DNA of 64,000 nt from Ilumatobacteraceae bacterium (lineage in GTDB: Bacteria > Actinomycetota > Acidimicrobiia > Acidimicrobiales > Ilumatobacteraceae), in contig JBPCJW010000142.1 in assembly GCA_051004915.1 (NCBI GenBank), positions 915-64,914 of the forward strand, written 5' to 3'. Below the pieces are notes generated by a model that was not told the DNA's origin, searched no databases, and saw only the letters and a program-made list of their open reading frames with translations. A program made the translations under genes and the position numbers. This document shows positions 16,238-26,019 of the stretch, piece by piece; the first letter of the stretch is position 1, and every line of letters begins with the position of its first letter.

Positions 16238-18601
16238 ATGACCGGAACGATCGGATCAGAGCGTCAGTTCCGGCCGGTCGATCCGCTGATCATCGACGCT
16301 CCGAGGCCGATCACCGGGGAACGGTTCTCGCTCCCGCCGATCGGCTTCCGCCCCGACATCGAAGGCCTGCGGGCGCTCGCCGTCGTGCTCGTCGTGGCGT
16401 TCCACGCCGATCTCGGCCCGTTCGGCGGCGGGTTCATCGGCGTCGACGTGTTCTTCGTCGTCTCCGGCTTCCTGATCACGTCGCTGCTGCTCGGCGAGGT
16501 CGCCCGCACCGGCACCGTGTCGCTGCCCGGCTTCTGGGCTCGCCGAGCCCGGCGACTTCTCCCGGCCTCGTGCGTGGTCATCGTCGCAACCCTCCTCGCC
16601 GCGCAGTTCCTGTACGACCCGCTGCTGCTCGGCAACCTCGCCCGCGACGCGGTGGCGGCGTGCAGCTTCGTCATCAACTTCCTCTTCGCGGCCCGGGAAG
16701 CGGGCGGCGAGGGCGGCTACTTCGACGCCGAGCTGGCCAAGTCGCCGCTGCTGCACTTCTGGTCGCTGGCCGTCGAGGAACAGTTCTACCTCGTGTGGCC
16801 GCTCGTCGTCTGGTGGATCGCCAAGGCCGCCCGGCGGTTCCGCCACGACCTCACGATGGTGATGGCTACGGCGTGGGTGGCGAGCGCGGTGGCGTGCGTC
16901 TGGCTGACCGACAGCAACACGCCGTGGGCGTTCTACTCACTGCCGACCCGGGCGTGGGAGCTGCTCACCGGGGCGCTGCTGGCCGTCTCCATCGTCTCCC
17001 TGCGCCGCATCCATCGGGCCCTTGTCCTGCCCATGGCCGCCGCCGGGCTGGCGATCATCGCCGTCGCCGCCGTCGGCTACCACGCCTCGACCACCTTCCC
17101 CGGCATCGCCGCCGCGGCGCCCGTGCTCGGCACCGCCCTCGTCATCGCCGCCGGCTGTGCCGTCGACGCTCCCAGCGCGCTGCGATCCGGCCTCGGATGC
17201 GCACCGCTGCTCTGGGTCGGCCAGCGGTCGTATGCGATCTACCTGTGGCACTGGCCGGCGCTCGTCCTGATCGGCGTCAAGTGGGGGCCGCTGTCGGTCG
17301 CCCAGCGCCTGGTGGTGGTGGCCGGCTCGGTGGTCGTCGCAGCAGTGTCGTACTGGCTCGTCGAGAACCCCATCCGCCACTCGTCGTGGCTGTCGCGCCG
17401 GCCCCGGCGCAGCCTGCTCGCGGGCGCGTCGATCCTCGCCGTGCCGGCCGTGCTGGCGGCGCTCTTCCTCGCCGTCCCGCGGGACACGACCGGCGGCGGC
17501 GCCGAGGCTGCCAGCCTCACGTTGCCGGACCTCGTCGTGCCGGTCGCCCCGGACGGGGCCGTCGGGACGATGACCGTCGCCGCGACCACGCCACCGGCCG
17601 AGACGAACGGCTCGACCACGCCGACCACGCCGACCACGTCGGCCGTCACGAACGACTCGGCCGCCTCAACCACGTCGGAGGCGGCGTCGACGTCGGCCGC
17701 CGCGACCATGTCGACGGCAGCGCCGACATCGACGACGACGACCGTGCCGGTCGTCGCTGCCCTCGACGCGCTGGTCGACCTGCAGCAGCAACTCCTGGCG
17801 CAAGGGTTGACCACCCAGGAGGTGCCGTCGAACATGCGCCCCGGCCTGGGCGACTCCCGCGAGATGCAGCCGACCGTGTACGCCGACGGCTGCGTGCTGG
17901 AACGAGGTGACCGGCAGGTGCGCGACTGCGTGTACGGCGTCCCGAGCTCACCGGTGACGGTGGCGATCCTCGGCGACTCCCACGCCGCCCACTGGTTCCC
18001 CGCCCTGCAGAAGATCTCGCTCGACCAGGGGTGGCGCCTGCTGTACTTCGCCAAGCAGGGATGCCCGCCCTCCGAGCAGCCGCTGCGCAATGGTGCCGCC
18101 CCGGACTGCGACCCGTGGCGCAGAGACGCGCTGGCCAGGATCGCCGCCGAGCGGCCGGCGTTGACCATCCTGACCGGTTACCACTACGAGGCTCCGGAGG
18201 GGTCGGCGTACGGCAACAACACCCTGTGGCGCCAAGGCATGAGCACCACGCTCACGGTGCTCGGCGACCTGGCGGCGGACACCCTGATCCTCGGCGACAC
18301 CCCTACCCAGTACGCCAACATCCCACAGTGCCTCGCCAGCAGCATGAGCTCGGTCGGCAACTGCGTCAGCCAGCGCAGCTACGCCGAACGTCCGGAGCGC
18401 TTGCAGGTCGAAGCTGAGCTGGCCGTCCAGTTCGGCGCGCACTTCGTCGACCCCACCGACTGGCTTTGCACGGTCCAGGCCTGCCCCGTGATCATGGGCG
18501 ATCTGTTGATGTACCGGGACCGCAACCACCTCACGCCCCCTGCGTCCGAAGCCCTCGCCCCGCTCTTGGAAGCCGCCCTCGTCCCGCTTGTGGCGTCCTG
18601 A
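16238..18601 (+). CDS. acyltransferase family 3 (AT3) membrane protein fused to an SGNH hydrolase-type domain (OafA/YrhL-like O-acyltransferase)
   Basis: RALAVVLVVAFHADLGPFGGGFIGVDVFFVVSGFLITSLLL (AT3 signature), multiple TM helices, a Thr/Ala-rich linker and C-terminal VAILGDSHAAHW (SGNH block I). ATG 16238 follows GGAAGG. Upstream GTG 16148 is possible. Confidence 0.88.
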   Translation: MTGTIGSERQFRPVDPLIIDAPRPITGERFSLPPIGFRPDIEGLRALAVVLVVAFHADLGPFGGGFIGVDVFFVVSGFLITSLLLGEVARTGTVSLPGFWARRARRLLPASCVVIVATLLAAQFLYDPLLLGNLARDAVAACSFVINFLFAAREAGGEGGYFDAELAKSPLLHFWSLAVEEQFYLVWPLVVWWIAKAARRFRHDLTMVMATAWVASAVACVWLTDSNTPWAFYSLPTRAWELLTGALLAVSIVSLRRIHRALVLPMAAAGLAIIAVAAVGYHASTTFPGIAAAAPVLGTALVIAAGCAVDAPSALRSGLGCAPLLWVGQRSYAIYLWHWPALVLIGVKWGPLSVAQRLVVVAGSVVVAAVSYWLVENPIRHSSWLSRRPRRSLLAGASILAVPAVLAALFLAVPRDTTGGGAEAASLTLPDLVVPVAPDGAVGTMTVAATTPPAETNGSTTPTTPTTSAVTNDSAASTTSEAASTSAAATMSTAAPTSTTTTVPVVAALDALVDLQQQLLAQGLTTQEVPSNMRPGLGDSREMQPTVYADGCVLERGDRQVRDCVYGVPSSPVTVAILGDSHAAHWFPALQKISLDQGWRLLYFAKQGCPPSEQPLRNGAAPDCDPWRRDALARIAAERPALTILTGYHYEAPEGSAYGNNTLWRQGMSTTLTVLGDLAADTLILGDTPTQYANIPQCLASSMSSVGNCVSQRSYAERPERLQVEAELAVQFGAHFVDPTDWLCTVQACPVIMGDLLMYRDRNHLTPPASEALAPLLEAALVPLVAS

Positions 18602-18620
18602 GCTCGCCGGCTGGGCGAGC
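18602..18620 (+). terminator. possible stem-loop terminator after the AT3 gene
   Basis: gctcgcc-ggctg-ggcgagc, a 7-bp stem directly after the stop at 18599-18601. There is no U-tract. Confidence 0.3.
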
Positions 18621-18711
18621 CGCTCGATCCCCGACCTCGACGGGGTCCGTCGTCCGGGAAGAGCCTCCGATATCATGGGCTATCACCAGAAGGGAGGCCG
18701 CGCTGGCTGAC

Positions 18712-18921
18712 GTGCTGATCCGAGACATCCCCGACGACGTCCTCGCCGCGATCGACGCCCAAGCCAAACGGAGCGGCCTCTCGCGCACCGAATACCTCCG
18801 CCGGACCCTCGGCCGTGAGCGTCGCGATCCGACCGACGTCACCGTGGACGACCTTCACCGATTCGCCTCGACGTTCCCCGACCTCGCCGACGACGACGTC
18901 ATGGGTCAAGCCTGGACGTGA
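18712..18921 (+). CDS. vapB: ribbon-helix-helix antitoxin (VapB-like)
   Basis: GTG 18712 lies downstream of [43 protein letters not shown] is an RHH/CopG-like fold pattern. A 4-nt GTGA overlap links it to the PIN gene. Confidence 0.75.
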   Translation: MLIRDIPDDVLAAIDAQAKRSGLSRTEYLRRTLGRERRDPTDVTVDDLHRFASTFPDLADDDVMGQAWT

Positions 18922-19325
18922 CGTCCTGGCTCATCGACAAGTCTGCGCTGGTCCGCCTCGCCCACAGTCCCGACGTCGACGAATGGGCGTCGCGGATCCG
19001 ACGTGGGCTGGTTCTCGTCAGCACCGTGACCCGACTCGAGGTGGGCTACTCGGCCCGGTCGGGCGGAGAGCTGCGTACGAGCATCGTACGCCCACCCATC
19101 GCCTCGATGCCCGTCGAGTACCTCACACCCATCATCGAGGACCGCGCCGTCGCTGTGCAGACGCTGCTCGCCGATCATGGCCGCCACCGTGCAGCATCGA
19201 TCCCGGACCTGCTGATCGCTGCTACTGCGGAGATCCGCCAACTCATCGTCCTGCACGTCGACAAGGACTACGAACTCATCGCCGAGCTCACCGGTCAACC
19301 GACCGAGCGGCTCACCCTCACCTGA
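18918..19325 (+). CDS. vapC: PIN-domain ribonuclease toxin VapC
   Basis: LIDKSAL (first acidic Asp), [17 protein letters not shown] and [11 protein letters not shown] match the conserved PIN acidic residues. Confidence 0.85.
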   Translation: MTSWLIDKSALVRLAHSPDVDEWASRIRRGLVLVSTVTRLEVGYSARSGGELRTSIVRPPIASMPVEYLTPIIEDRAVAVQTLLADHGRHRAASIPDLLIAATAEIRQLIVLHVDKDYELIAELTGQPTERLTLT

Positions 19326-19433
19326 CGCCACCGGTTGAACAGGCGACGATGAAGCCGGTCGGCGTGTTGTGTGTCGCCGTCGTCGGGGCTTGGCTCGCTG
19401 GTGTCACCCCCCGTCCACCCGGGCTCAGGCCGG

Positions 19434-20432
19434 CTACCCGATCAAGCCGAGGTCGCGGACGGCGTCGCGCTCCTCGACGAGCTCGGCGGCGGTAGCGTCG
19501 ATGCGCCGGCGGCTCAGCTCGTCGATCTCCAGATCCTGGACGATGGCGTAGTCGCCATCGGCACACGTGACGGGGAAGCTGAAGATCAGGGCCTCCGGCA
19601 CGTCGTAGCTCCCGTCACTGGTGACCCCCATCGAGGTCCAATCCCCCTCCGCCGTACCGTCCACCCACGTGCGGATGTGGTCGACGGCGGCCGATGCTGC
19701 CGAAGCCGCCGACGACGCGCCACGGGCTTCGATGATCGCCGCCCCGCGCTTGGCGACCGTTGGGATGAAGGACTGCTCGAGCCACACCTGGTCGCCGATC
19801 GCCTCTGCGGCGTTGCGTCCGGAGACCTCGGCATGGAACACGTTGGGGTACTGCGTGGTCGAGTGGTTGCCCCAGATGGCCAGCTTCTTGATGTCGGTGA
19901 CGGCCACTTCGAGACGCCGGGCGAGCTGGCTCACCGCTCGGTTGTGGTCGAGGCGGGTCATCGCCGTGAACCGGTCTGGGTCCAGATCGGATGCGTTGGC
20001 CTGGGCAATCAGGGCATTGGTGTTGGCCGGGTTGCCGACGACGAGCACCTTGACGTCGCGTTTGGCGCTGCGCGACAGCGCCTCGCCCTGCGGTTTGAAG
20101 ATGCCGCCGTTGGCCGACAGCAGGTCGGAGCGCTCCATGCCCGCCTTGCGCGGCATGGCGCCAACGAGCAGCGCGATGTCGACGTCGCCGAACGCCGTGT
20201 CGGCGTCGTCGGTGCACACGACGTCGGCGAGCAGGGGGAAGGCGCAATCATCGAGCTCCATCTGCACGCCCCCCAACGCTCCGAGCGCCGGCGTGATCTC
20301 CAGCAGGTGCAACGCCACCGGCGTGTTGGGCCCGAGCATCGAGCCGGAGGCGATGCGGAACAGCAGGCTGTAGCCGATCTGTCCGGCGGCGCCGGTGACG
20401 GCCACGCGCACGGGTGACGATGACGAGGTCAT
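19434..20432 (-). CDS. mdh: malate dehydrogenase
   Basis: ATG 20432. [23 protein letters not shown] (NAD fold), [15 protein letters not shown] and [12 protein letters not shown]-like motif ([13 protein letters not shown]). Confidence 0.95.
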   Translation of the reverse strand: MTSSSSPVRVAVTGAAGQIGYSLLFRIASGSMLGPNTPVALHLLEITPALGALGGVQMELDDCAFPLLADVVCTDDADTAFGDVDIALLVGAMPRKAGMERSDLLSANGGIFKPQGEALSRSAKRDVKVLVVGNPANTNALIAQANASDLDPDRFTAMTRLDHNRAVSQLARRLEVAVTDIKKLAIWGNHSTTQYPNVFHAEVSGRNAAEAIGDQVWLEQSFIPTVAKRGAAIIEARGASSAASAASAAVDHIRTWVDGTAEGDWTSMGVTSDGSYDVPEALIFSFPVTCADGDYAIVQDLEIDELSRRRIDATAAELVEERDAVRDLGLIG

Positions 20433-20585
20433 GGCGCCCGAGCGTAGGCACGCCGTGTCGCATCGCACCGAACCTGCACTCTGCGGCCAGGTGCCAGGTT
20501 TCTGCGCGCTGGGCAGCGCTCTGCGGCTGAGATGCAATCCGACGCGCCGCAGCCGCACTCTGTGGGTGCTGCGCGGTTCGACTTG

Positions 20586-22736
20586 TCAGATGCCGAGGGC
20601 CTGGGCGATCAGGTCGGCGTAGTACCGCCGGCCAGCCGGGTTGACGTGGATGCCGTCCCAGAAGCAATCGCCGGGGCATTGCGGGGCAAGCGCTGCCCAG
20701 TCGAGGATCGTGACGTTCGGAAAGCGCTGCGGCAGGGCGTACAGGTTGGCGTTGGTCTCGGCGATCCAGCTGCGATCGGCGTGCGCGGTCAGCACGACCA
20801 CCTTCGGCACCCCGGTCAGGGCGTTGAAGAAGCCGTCCAACGTCTCGGCGCTCGGGGGACCGTTCGTGCCGAGGTGGATCACGACAGCGCCGCCGAGTTG
20901 ACCGCTGTCGCGCAGCCCTTCCATCAGACCGATCGACGACTCGACCTGCCTGCTCTCGATGGCATCGACGATGATCCCCCGCTCGGCGAGGTTGGCCGCC
21001 GCGCCGAGCATCACGGAGTCGCCGATGGCGATGATCGGTGGAGCTGGCGGGGCGACCACCGGTGGAGTGGTTGGTGGAGTGGTCGTGGCGGCCGGGGTCG
21101 TGGCGGCCGGGGTCGTGGTGGCCGGTGTCGTGGTGGCCGGCGCGACGGTGGTCGAGGTCTCCGCAGAGACGACGACCGGTGTGCTCGTGGCGACCGTGTC
21201 CGGCGCGGTCGTCGTCGGCTCCGCCGTCGTGCTGGTCTCCTCGGTCGTGGTCGCGGCGTCCGTCGTGGTCAGGGCGTCCGTGGTTCGGGTGCCACCCGAG
21301 CCGTCCTCGGTCGTCGAGCTGCGGATCCGGGCCCCGAGGTCCGTGACGACGGCTTCGCCCTCATTGATCGACTGCTCGACGTCGTTGGGGCGCAGCTCGG
21401 CCAGGGCGAGGTTGGCCCCGGCGAACACTGTGAGCGCGGCGATCGCCGCTGCGCCCGTGGCGATCAGGCGGCGCGGCACGGGGTCGTGCGAGGCGCGCAG
21501 CTGCTTCCACCACCGCCCGACGGCGCCCTTGCGGATCGGCGTCTCGACGAACCGGTACGACAGCTCGGTGACCACGCAGGCGAGCGCCACCGCAAGCACG
21601 AACTGTGGCCAGGTGAGCGGGTTGCCGGCGACCCGGCGGATCGCCTGGTAGATCGGCCAGTGGTACAGGTACAGCCCGTAGGAGCGGGTGCCGACCCACA
21701 GCAGCACCACGTTGCCGAGGACCGGGCCGGCCTTGGCCTTCTGGTGCGTGACCGCGGCGATCAGCAGCAGGGTGGCGAGGCCGGCGATGAAGAACCCGCC
21801 ACGGAACAGCCAGGCGTCGGCGCCGCCGGGCTTGACGACAAAGAGGGACCAGCACAGCGCCCCGAGGGCGGCCAGACCGAACACTGCGCAGGCGTCCAGC
21901 ACCGGAGCCTTGCTGCGCATCGGGCCCCGGATGATCGCCATCGGCCTCCACACCATGGCGAAGGCACCACCGAGCAGCAGGCCGCCGGCGCGGGTGATCG
22001 TGCCGAGGTACAGCGTGTCGGTCTTCGAGATGCACCGTTCGCCGAGCTGCCAGTAGGCGCCCGGTGTGATCTCGCACGTGCCGGCGGGTCCCCCATAGAA
22101 CAGCACGCCCATCAGCACGCTCACGCCGATGGCAGCGCCCAACAGGTACAGGCTCAGGGTGGGGAGGCGCTTGCGGCCGAGGCGCATCAACCCGACCATG
22201 ACCAGCGGCCAGAGCAGGTAGAATTGCTCCTCCACGGCCAAGCTCCACAGATGGCGGAGCGGGGCGAAGTCCCCCGCCGCCGTGTATCCCTGGCCGACCC
22301 AGATCTGGTACCAGTTCGTGACGTACGTCAGCGAGGCGATCACGTCGCCGCGCAGCTGCCCGAGGGCATCGCGGCGGAACAGTGCGGTGTAGACGGTGAC
22401 GCCGATCAGCAGGACGAACAGCGCCGGCAACAAGCGGCGGGCGCGACGGAGCCAGAACTGACCGAGGTTGACGGAGCCGGACCGCTCGTGCTCCCCGATC
22501 AACAGCAGCGTGATCAGATAGCCGCTGATGACGAAGAAGACCTCGACGCCGAGGAAGCCGCCCGGCAGCCACGCGTTGTTGGCGTGGTACACCATGACCG
22601 CGGCCACGGCCAGGCCGCGCATGCCGTCCAGACCTGGCAGGTAGGGGATGGAGCTGATGGGCGCCTTCGGTGGCGGCCACTCGAGCGGCCGGACGATCGG
22701 CACGGTCTCCGGCGCCGGCTCGACCACCGCCGTCAC
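20586..22736 (-). CDS. acyltransferase family 3 (AT3) protein fused to an SGNH domain (second paralog)
   Basis: MRGLAVAAVMVYHANNAWLPGGFLGVEVFFVISGYLITLLL, multiple TM helices, a Thr/Pro-rich linker, then IIAIGDSVMLGAA (SGNH block I). The start was set to GTG 22736, which overlaps the metF stop as GTGA. Track ORF start 22931 lies inside metF. Confidence 0.85.
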   Translation of the reverse strand: MTAVVEPAPETVPIVRPLEWPPPKAPISSIPYLPGLDGMRGLAVAAVMVYHANNAWLPGGFLGVEVFFVISGYLITLLLIGEHERSGSVNLGQFWLRRARRLLPALFVLLIGVTVYTALFRRDALGQLRGDVIASLTYVTNWYQIWVGQGYTAAGDFAPLRHLWSLAVEEQFYLLWPLVMVGLMRLGRKRLPTLSLYLLGAAIGVSVLMGVLFYGGPAGTCEITPGAYWQLGERCISKTDTLYLGTITRAGGLLLGGAFAMVWRPMAIIRGPMRSKAPVLDACAVFGLAALGALCWSLFVVKPGGADAWLFRGGFFIAGLATLLLIAAVTHQKAKAGPVLGNVVLLWVGTRSYGLYLYHWPIYQAIRRVAGNPLTWPQFVLAVALACVVTELSYRFVETPIRKGAVGRWWKQLRASHDPVPRRLIATGAAAIAALTVFAGANLALAELRPNDVEQSINEGEAVVTDLGARIRSSTTEDGSGGTRTTDALTTTDAATTTEETSTTAEPTTTAPDTVATSTPVVVSAETSTTVAPATTTPATTTPAATTPAATTTPPTTPPVVAPPAPPIIAIGDSVMLGAAANLAERGIIVDAIESRQVESSIGLMEGLRDSGQLGGAVVIHLGTNGPPSAETLDGFFNALTGVPKVVVLTAHADRSWIAETNANLYALPQRFPNVTILDWAALAPQCPGDCFWDGIHVNPAGRRYYADLIAQALGI
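21082..21141. repeat. 15-bp tandem repeat x4 inside the AT3-SGNH linker
   Basis: gtcgtggcggccggg x2, then gtcgtggtggccggt and gtcgtggtggccggc. In frame, encoding the P-A-T-T-T type linker on the minus strand. Confidence 0.85.
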
Positions 22737-23602
22737 GGCCGCACCCCCGCCGCCGTGAGGCCGAGGTTGGCGTAGATCTCGCGTGTCGCCGTGCTGCGGT
22801 TCAGCGTGTAGAAGTGCAAGCCCGGTGCCCCCGCGGCGAGCAGTTGCGCGCACAGTTGCGACGCCATGTCCACGCCGATCCGGCGCACCTCGGCCGCGTC
22901 GTCGACGCCGTCGAGCCGCGTGCGCAACCACCCCGGCACGTTGGCTCCGCTCATCCGGGCCATGCGCTCGACCTGACCGGCGTTGGTCACCGGCATCACA
23001 CCCGGGATGACCGGCTTGGTGACGCCGAGGGCGGCCAGCTCCTCGACGAGGCGCAGGTACGGCTCGGGCTCGAAGAAGAACTGGGTGACGGCGAAGTCGG
23101 CGCGCTGCAGCTTGGCGGCGAGGAAGCGGCGGTCGGTGGCGCGATCGGGCGAGCGCGGGTGCAACTCGGGATGGGCGGCGACGCCGACGCAGAAATCCTC
23201 GCCAGCGATGTCGTCGACCAGGTCGAGGGCGAAGGCGTAGTCGCTCGGGCGGGCGTCGGCCGGGTCGGCCGGCGGATCACCGCCGAGGGCGAGAATGTTC
23301 TCGATCCCGGCGGCCCGGTATTCGCCGAGGATGGTCGTGATCTCTGCACGCAGATGGCCCTGGCAGGTGAGGTGGGCGACCGGGGTGATGGCGGTCTCCT
23401 CGCGCACCCAGGTGACGACCTCGCGGGTCCGCTGGCGGCTACTGCCACCCGCGCCGTAGGTCACCGAGACGAAGCTGGGGGCCAACGGTTCGAGCTCGGC
23501 GATGGCGCGACCGAGCGACAGCTGTGCGTTGTCGGACTGCGGCGGAAAGAACTCGAACGAGAACGTCCGCCCAGAGCCGAGGAGATCGGACACCCGGGCC
23601 AT
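22733..23602 (-). CDS. metF: methylenetetrahydrofolate reductase
   Basis: FSFEFFPPQSD..., SFVSVTYGAGGSSRQRT, PVAHLTC: the MetF signature. Confidence 0.93.
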   Translation of the reverse strand: MARVSDLLGSGRTFSFEFFPPQSDNAQLSLGRAIAELEPLAPSFVSVTYGAGGSSRQRTREVVTWVREETAITPVAHLTCQGHLRAEITTILGEYRAAGIENILALGGDPPADPADARPSDYAFALDLVDDIAGEDFCVGVAAHPELHPRSPDRATDRRFLAAKLQRADFAVTQFFFEPEPYLRLVEELAALGVTKPVIPGVMPVTNAGQVERMARMSGANVPGWLRTRLDGVDDAAEVRRIGVDMASQLCAQLLAAGAPGLHFYTLNRSTATREIYANLGLTAAGVRP

Positions 23603-23729
23603 ATGCAGCCCCGAACGCTATCTCGACCCACCCGACCGAGCAGGTCATCCGTGCAGAGCGTGTGAGCCCACGCCGGCCTTGCCGGCCCAGCCGAACGAAC
23701 GGAGTCTTCGGAGCGAGCGAGGCCACTTG

Positions 23730-25262
23730 CTAATGGCGGAAGTGGCGCTGGCCGGTGAAGACCATGACGAGGCCGTGCTCGTCGGCAGCGGCGATGACCT
23801 CGGCGTCGCGCACGCTGCCACCCGGTTGGATGACGGCAGCCACGCCGGCCGCGGCGGCAGCGTCCAAGCCGTCCCGGAATGGGAAGAACGCATCACTCGC
23901 GCACACGCCGCCGACGGCTCGTCGGTCGGCCCGCTGGGCGGCGATGCGCGCCGAGTCGAGCCGGTTCTGCTGACCGGCGCCGATGCCGAACGCCTGACCG
24001 TCGCGTGCGAACACGATGGCGTTCGACGACACCGCTGCGCACACGGTCCACGCGAACTGCAGCTCGTCCCACTGCTCGGGTGTCGGGTGCGCCGAGGTGA
24101 CCACCCACCACGCCGACCGGTCGAGGTCGACCGGGTCGGACCGCTGCACGAGGAACCCGCCATCGATGGTGCGCACGTCGAGGCCTGGTGGACCCGGCGG
24201 ATCCGCCGTGAGCACCCGCAGGTTGGCCTTCTCGATCAGCGTCGCCAGCGCGGCCTCCTCGAACGCGGGCGCCACCACGACCTCCGTGAACACGGGAGCC
24301 AGCGCCGCGGCCAGCGCCTCAGCCACGGGCCTGTTCAACACCACGATCCCGCCGAACGCGCTGACCGGGTCGCAGGCGTTGGCCCGTTCGTAGGCAACGG
24401 TGATGTCGTCGGCGACGGCCACCCCGCAGGGGTTGGCGTGCTTGACGATGACGCACGCCGGGCGATCGAAGCGTTGGACCAACCGCCACGCCGCCTCGGC
24501 GTCGAACAGGTTGAGGTAGCTGAGGGCCTTGCCGCCGTGCTGGACGGCCGTGTCCCACCAGCCGGTGGCGCCGACGACGCGATAGCGGGCGGCCGACTGG
24601 TGCGGGTTCTCGCCGTAGCGCAGCGCCTGCACCTGGACGAGCGCGAGATCCAAGGTGCGCGGCAACGAGGCCGACTCGACGGTCGGAGCGTCTTCGCTGT
24701 GCGCCGGCGCCTCACGCTCGTTCAGCCACGCCGCGATCGCCGCGTCGTACGCGGCGGTGGTGGCGAACGCCCGCTGGGAGAGCCGGCGACGGGTGCCGGC
24801 GGAGAGCGAGCCGGCCGAACGCAGCTCGGCCAGCACCGGCTCGTAGTCGGACGGATCGACGACCACGCCGACCCGGTGGTGGTTCTTCGCCGCAGCGCGG
24901 ATCAGCGCTGGCCCGCCGATGTCGATCAGCTCGATTCCGGGATCCGTGGCGAAGGGGTACAGCCCCGACACGACGAGGTCGATCGGCTCGATGCCGTGCG
25001 CGTCGAGGTCACGACGGTGATCGGGATCGTCCAGGTCGGCGAGGATGCCACCGTGCACCGCTGGGTGGAGGGTGACCACCCGATGGCCGATGATCGCCGG
25101 GTACCCGGTCAGCTCGGCGACATCGGTCACCGGCACACCCGCATCGGCGATCACGCTGGCCGTCCCGCCGCTCGAGGTCAAGCTCCAACCGAGGTCGTGG
25201 AGGCCGCCGGCGAGCTCGGCGATGCCCGCCTTGTCGTAGACCGACAGCAGCGCGGCGGGCAC
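23730..25262 (-). CDS. purH: bifunctional AICAR transformylase / IMP cyclohydrolase
   Basis: [33 protein letters not shown], and a C-terminal [10 protein letters not shown]...FTGQRHFRH. Confidence 0.96.
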   Translation of the reverse strand: MPAALLSVYDKAGIAELAGGLHDLGWSLTSSGGTASVIADAGVPVTDVAELTGYPAIIGHRVVTLHPAVHGGILADLDDPDHRRDLDAHGIEPIDLVVSGLYPFATDPGIELIDIGGPALIRAAAKNHHRVGVVVDPSDYEPVLAELRSAGSLSAGTRRRLSQRAFATTAAYDAAIAAWLNEREAPAHSEDAPTVESASLPRTLDLALVQVQALRYGENPHQSAARYRVVGATGWWDTAVQHGGKALSYLNLFDAEAAWRLVQRFDRPACVIVKHANPCGVAVADDITVAYERANACDPVSAFGGIVVLNRPVAEALAAALAPVFTEVVVAPAFEEAALATLIEKANLRVLTADPPGPPGLDVRTIDGGFLVQRSDPVDLDRSAWWVVTSAHPTPEQWDELQFAWTVCAAVSSNAIVFARDGQAFGIGAGQQNRLDSARIAAQRADRRAVGGVCASDAFFPFRDGLDAAAAAGVAAVIQPGGSVRDAEVIAAADEHGLVMVFTGQRHFRH

Positions 25263-25398
25263 GGCGCGCAGGGTAACGAGCGCCTGTCGCAGCCCGGCAC
25301 GTTGCGCCCCCGGTGACCATCAGTCCGCGTGCTGCGTTGGGCCGACTACGGTCCGTCCAGCCGCAGCGGGTGCGGCCCGATCGACCCCGGGGGTACGA

Positions 25399-25923
25399 AT
25401 GGATCTCAGCAAGTTCAAGACATCCGACTGGCTCATCATCGGCGGAGGCATCGCGATGCTGGTCCTGGGACTGGCCTTGAAGTGGGCCAGCTTCGGCGGC
25501 TTCAGCGCCGGCGGACCGTTCGACTGGTTCCTCACCGGCGGGCTGGCCTGGCTGCTCACCGTCGGCGCAGGCGTCGTCACCTTCCTGCTCGGCGCCGCCG
25601 TGATCAAGGCGAGCACCACCCCGTGGACGCTGATCCTGCTCGCCGCGACCGGGTTGGCGACCCTGCTCATGCTGATCCGCTTGATCATCGGCCCCGGCGA
25701 CGGCCTCGACCGCGGGGCGGGGATGTACGTGGCGTTCGTCGCGGCAGCCGTCGCATTGGTCGGCTCCGTGATGAAGTTCACGGAGTCCGGCGGCAACCTC
25801 AGCGACCTCACCGACACCGGCAAGCTGCGCAATGCGTTCGACCGGCCAGGCGGTGGTGCGCCGCCGCCGCCCCCGCCGCCGAGCGGCGGCATGACGCCTC
25901 CGCCCCCGCCGCCTTCGGCCTGA
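25399..25923 (+). CDS. membrane protein with Pro-rich C-terminus (hypothetical)
   Basis: Four predicted TM helices followed by GGGAPPPPPPPSGGMTPPPPPPSA. No family recognised. Confidence 0.6.
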   Translation: MDLSKFKTSDWLIIGGGIAMLVLGLALKWASFGGFSAGGPFDWFLTGGLAWLLTVGAGVVTFLLGAAVIKASTTPWTLILLAATGLATLLMLIRLIIGPGDGLDRGAGMYVAFVAAAVALVGSVMKFTESGGNLSDLTDTGKLRNAFDRPGGGAPPPPPPPSGGMTPPPPPPSA

Positions 25924-26019
25924 GCGAACTCGCCTTCGCGCAACTGGGCGGGATGCGTCCCGGGCCCTGGGACAGATCCCGCCCAGGAACGGATCGCGCC
26001 CAGATGAGGGTGCGGCGGT

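Noticed and set aside
22737-22931. Upstream extension of the AT3-SGNH ORF to 22931
   Set aside because: It would overlap about 200 nt of metF, and its translation is Arg/Gly-rich. GTG 22736 gives a clean GTGA junction.
23603-23729. Possible SAM riboswitch or terminator between purH and metF
   Set aside because: Only a short palindrome, gccggc-ctt-gccggc (23672-23686), is present. I could not match SAM-I, SAM-II or SAM-IV consensus elements, and there is no U-tract. Evidence is insufficient.
25263-25398. Possible ZTP (pfl) riboswitch upstream of purH
   Set aside because: ZTP riboswitches often precede purH or folate genes in Actinobacteria. On the minus strand I see only a loose ...GGTCACCGGGGGCG... 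segment and no CCGCCTGGGC-type 3' pseudoknot element. This needs a covariance-model scan (Rfam pfl/ZTP) to settle, so it is not called.
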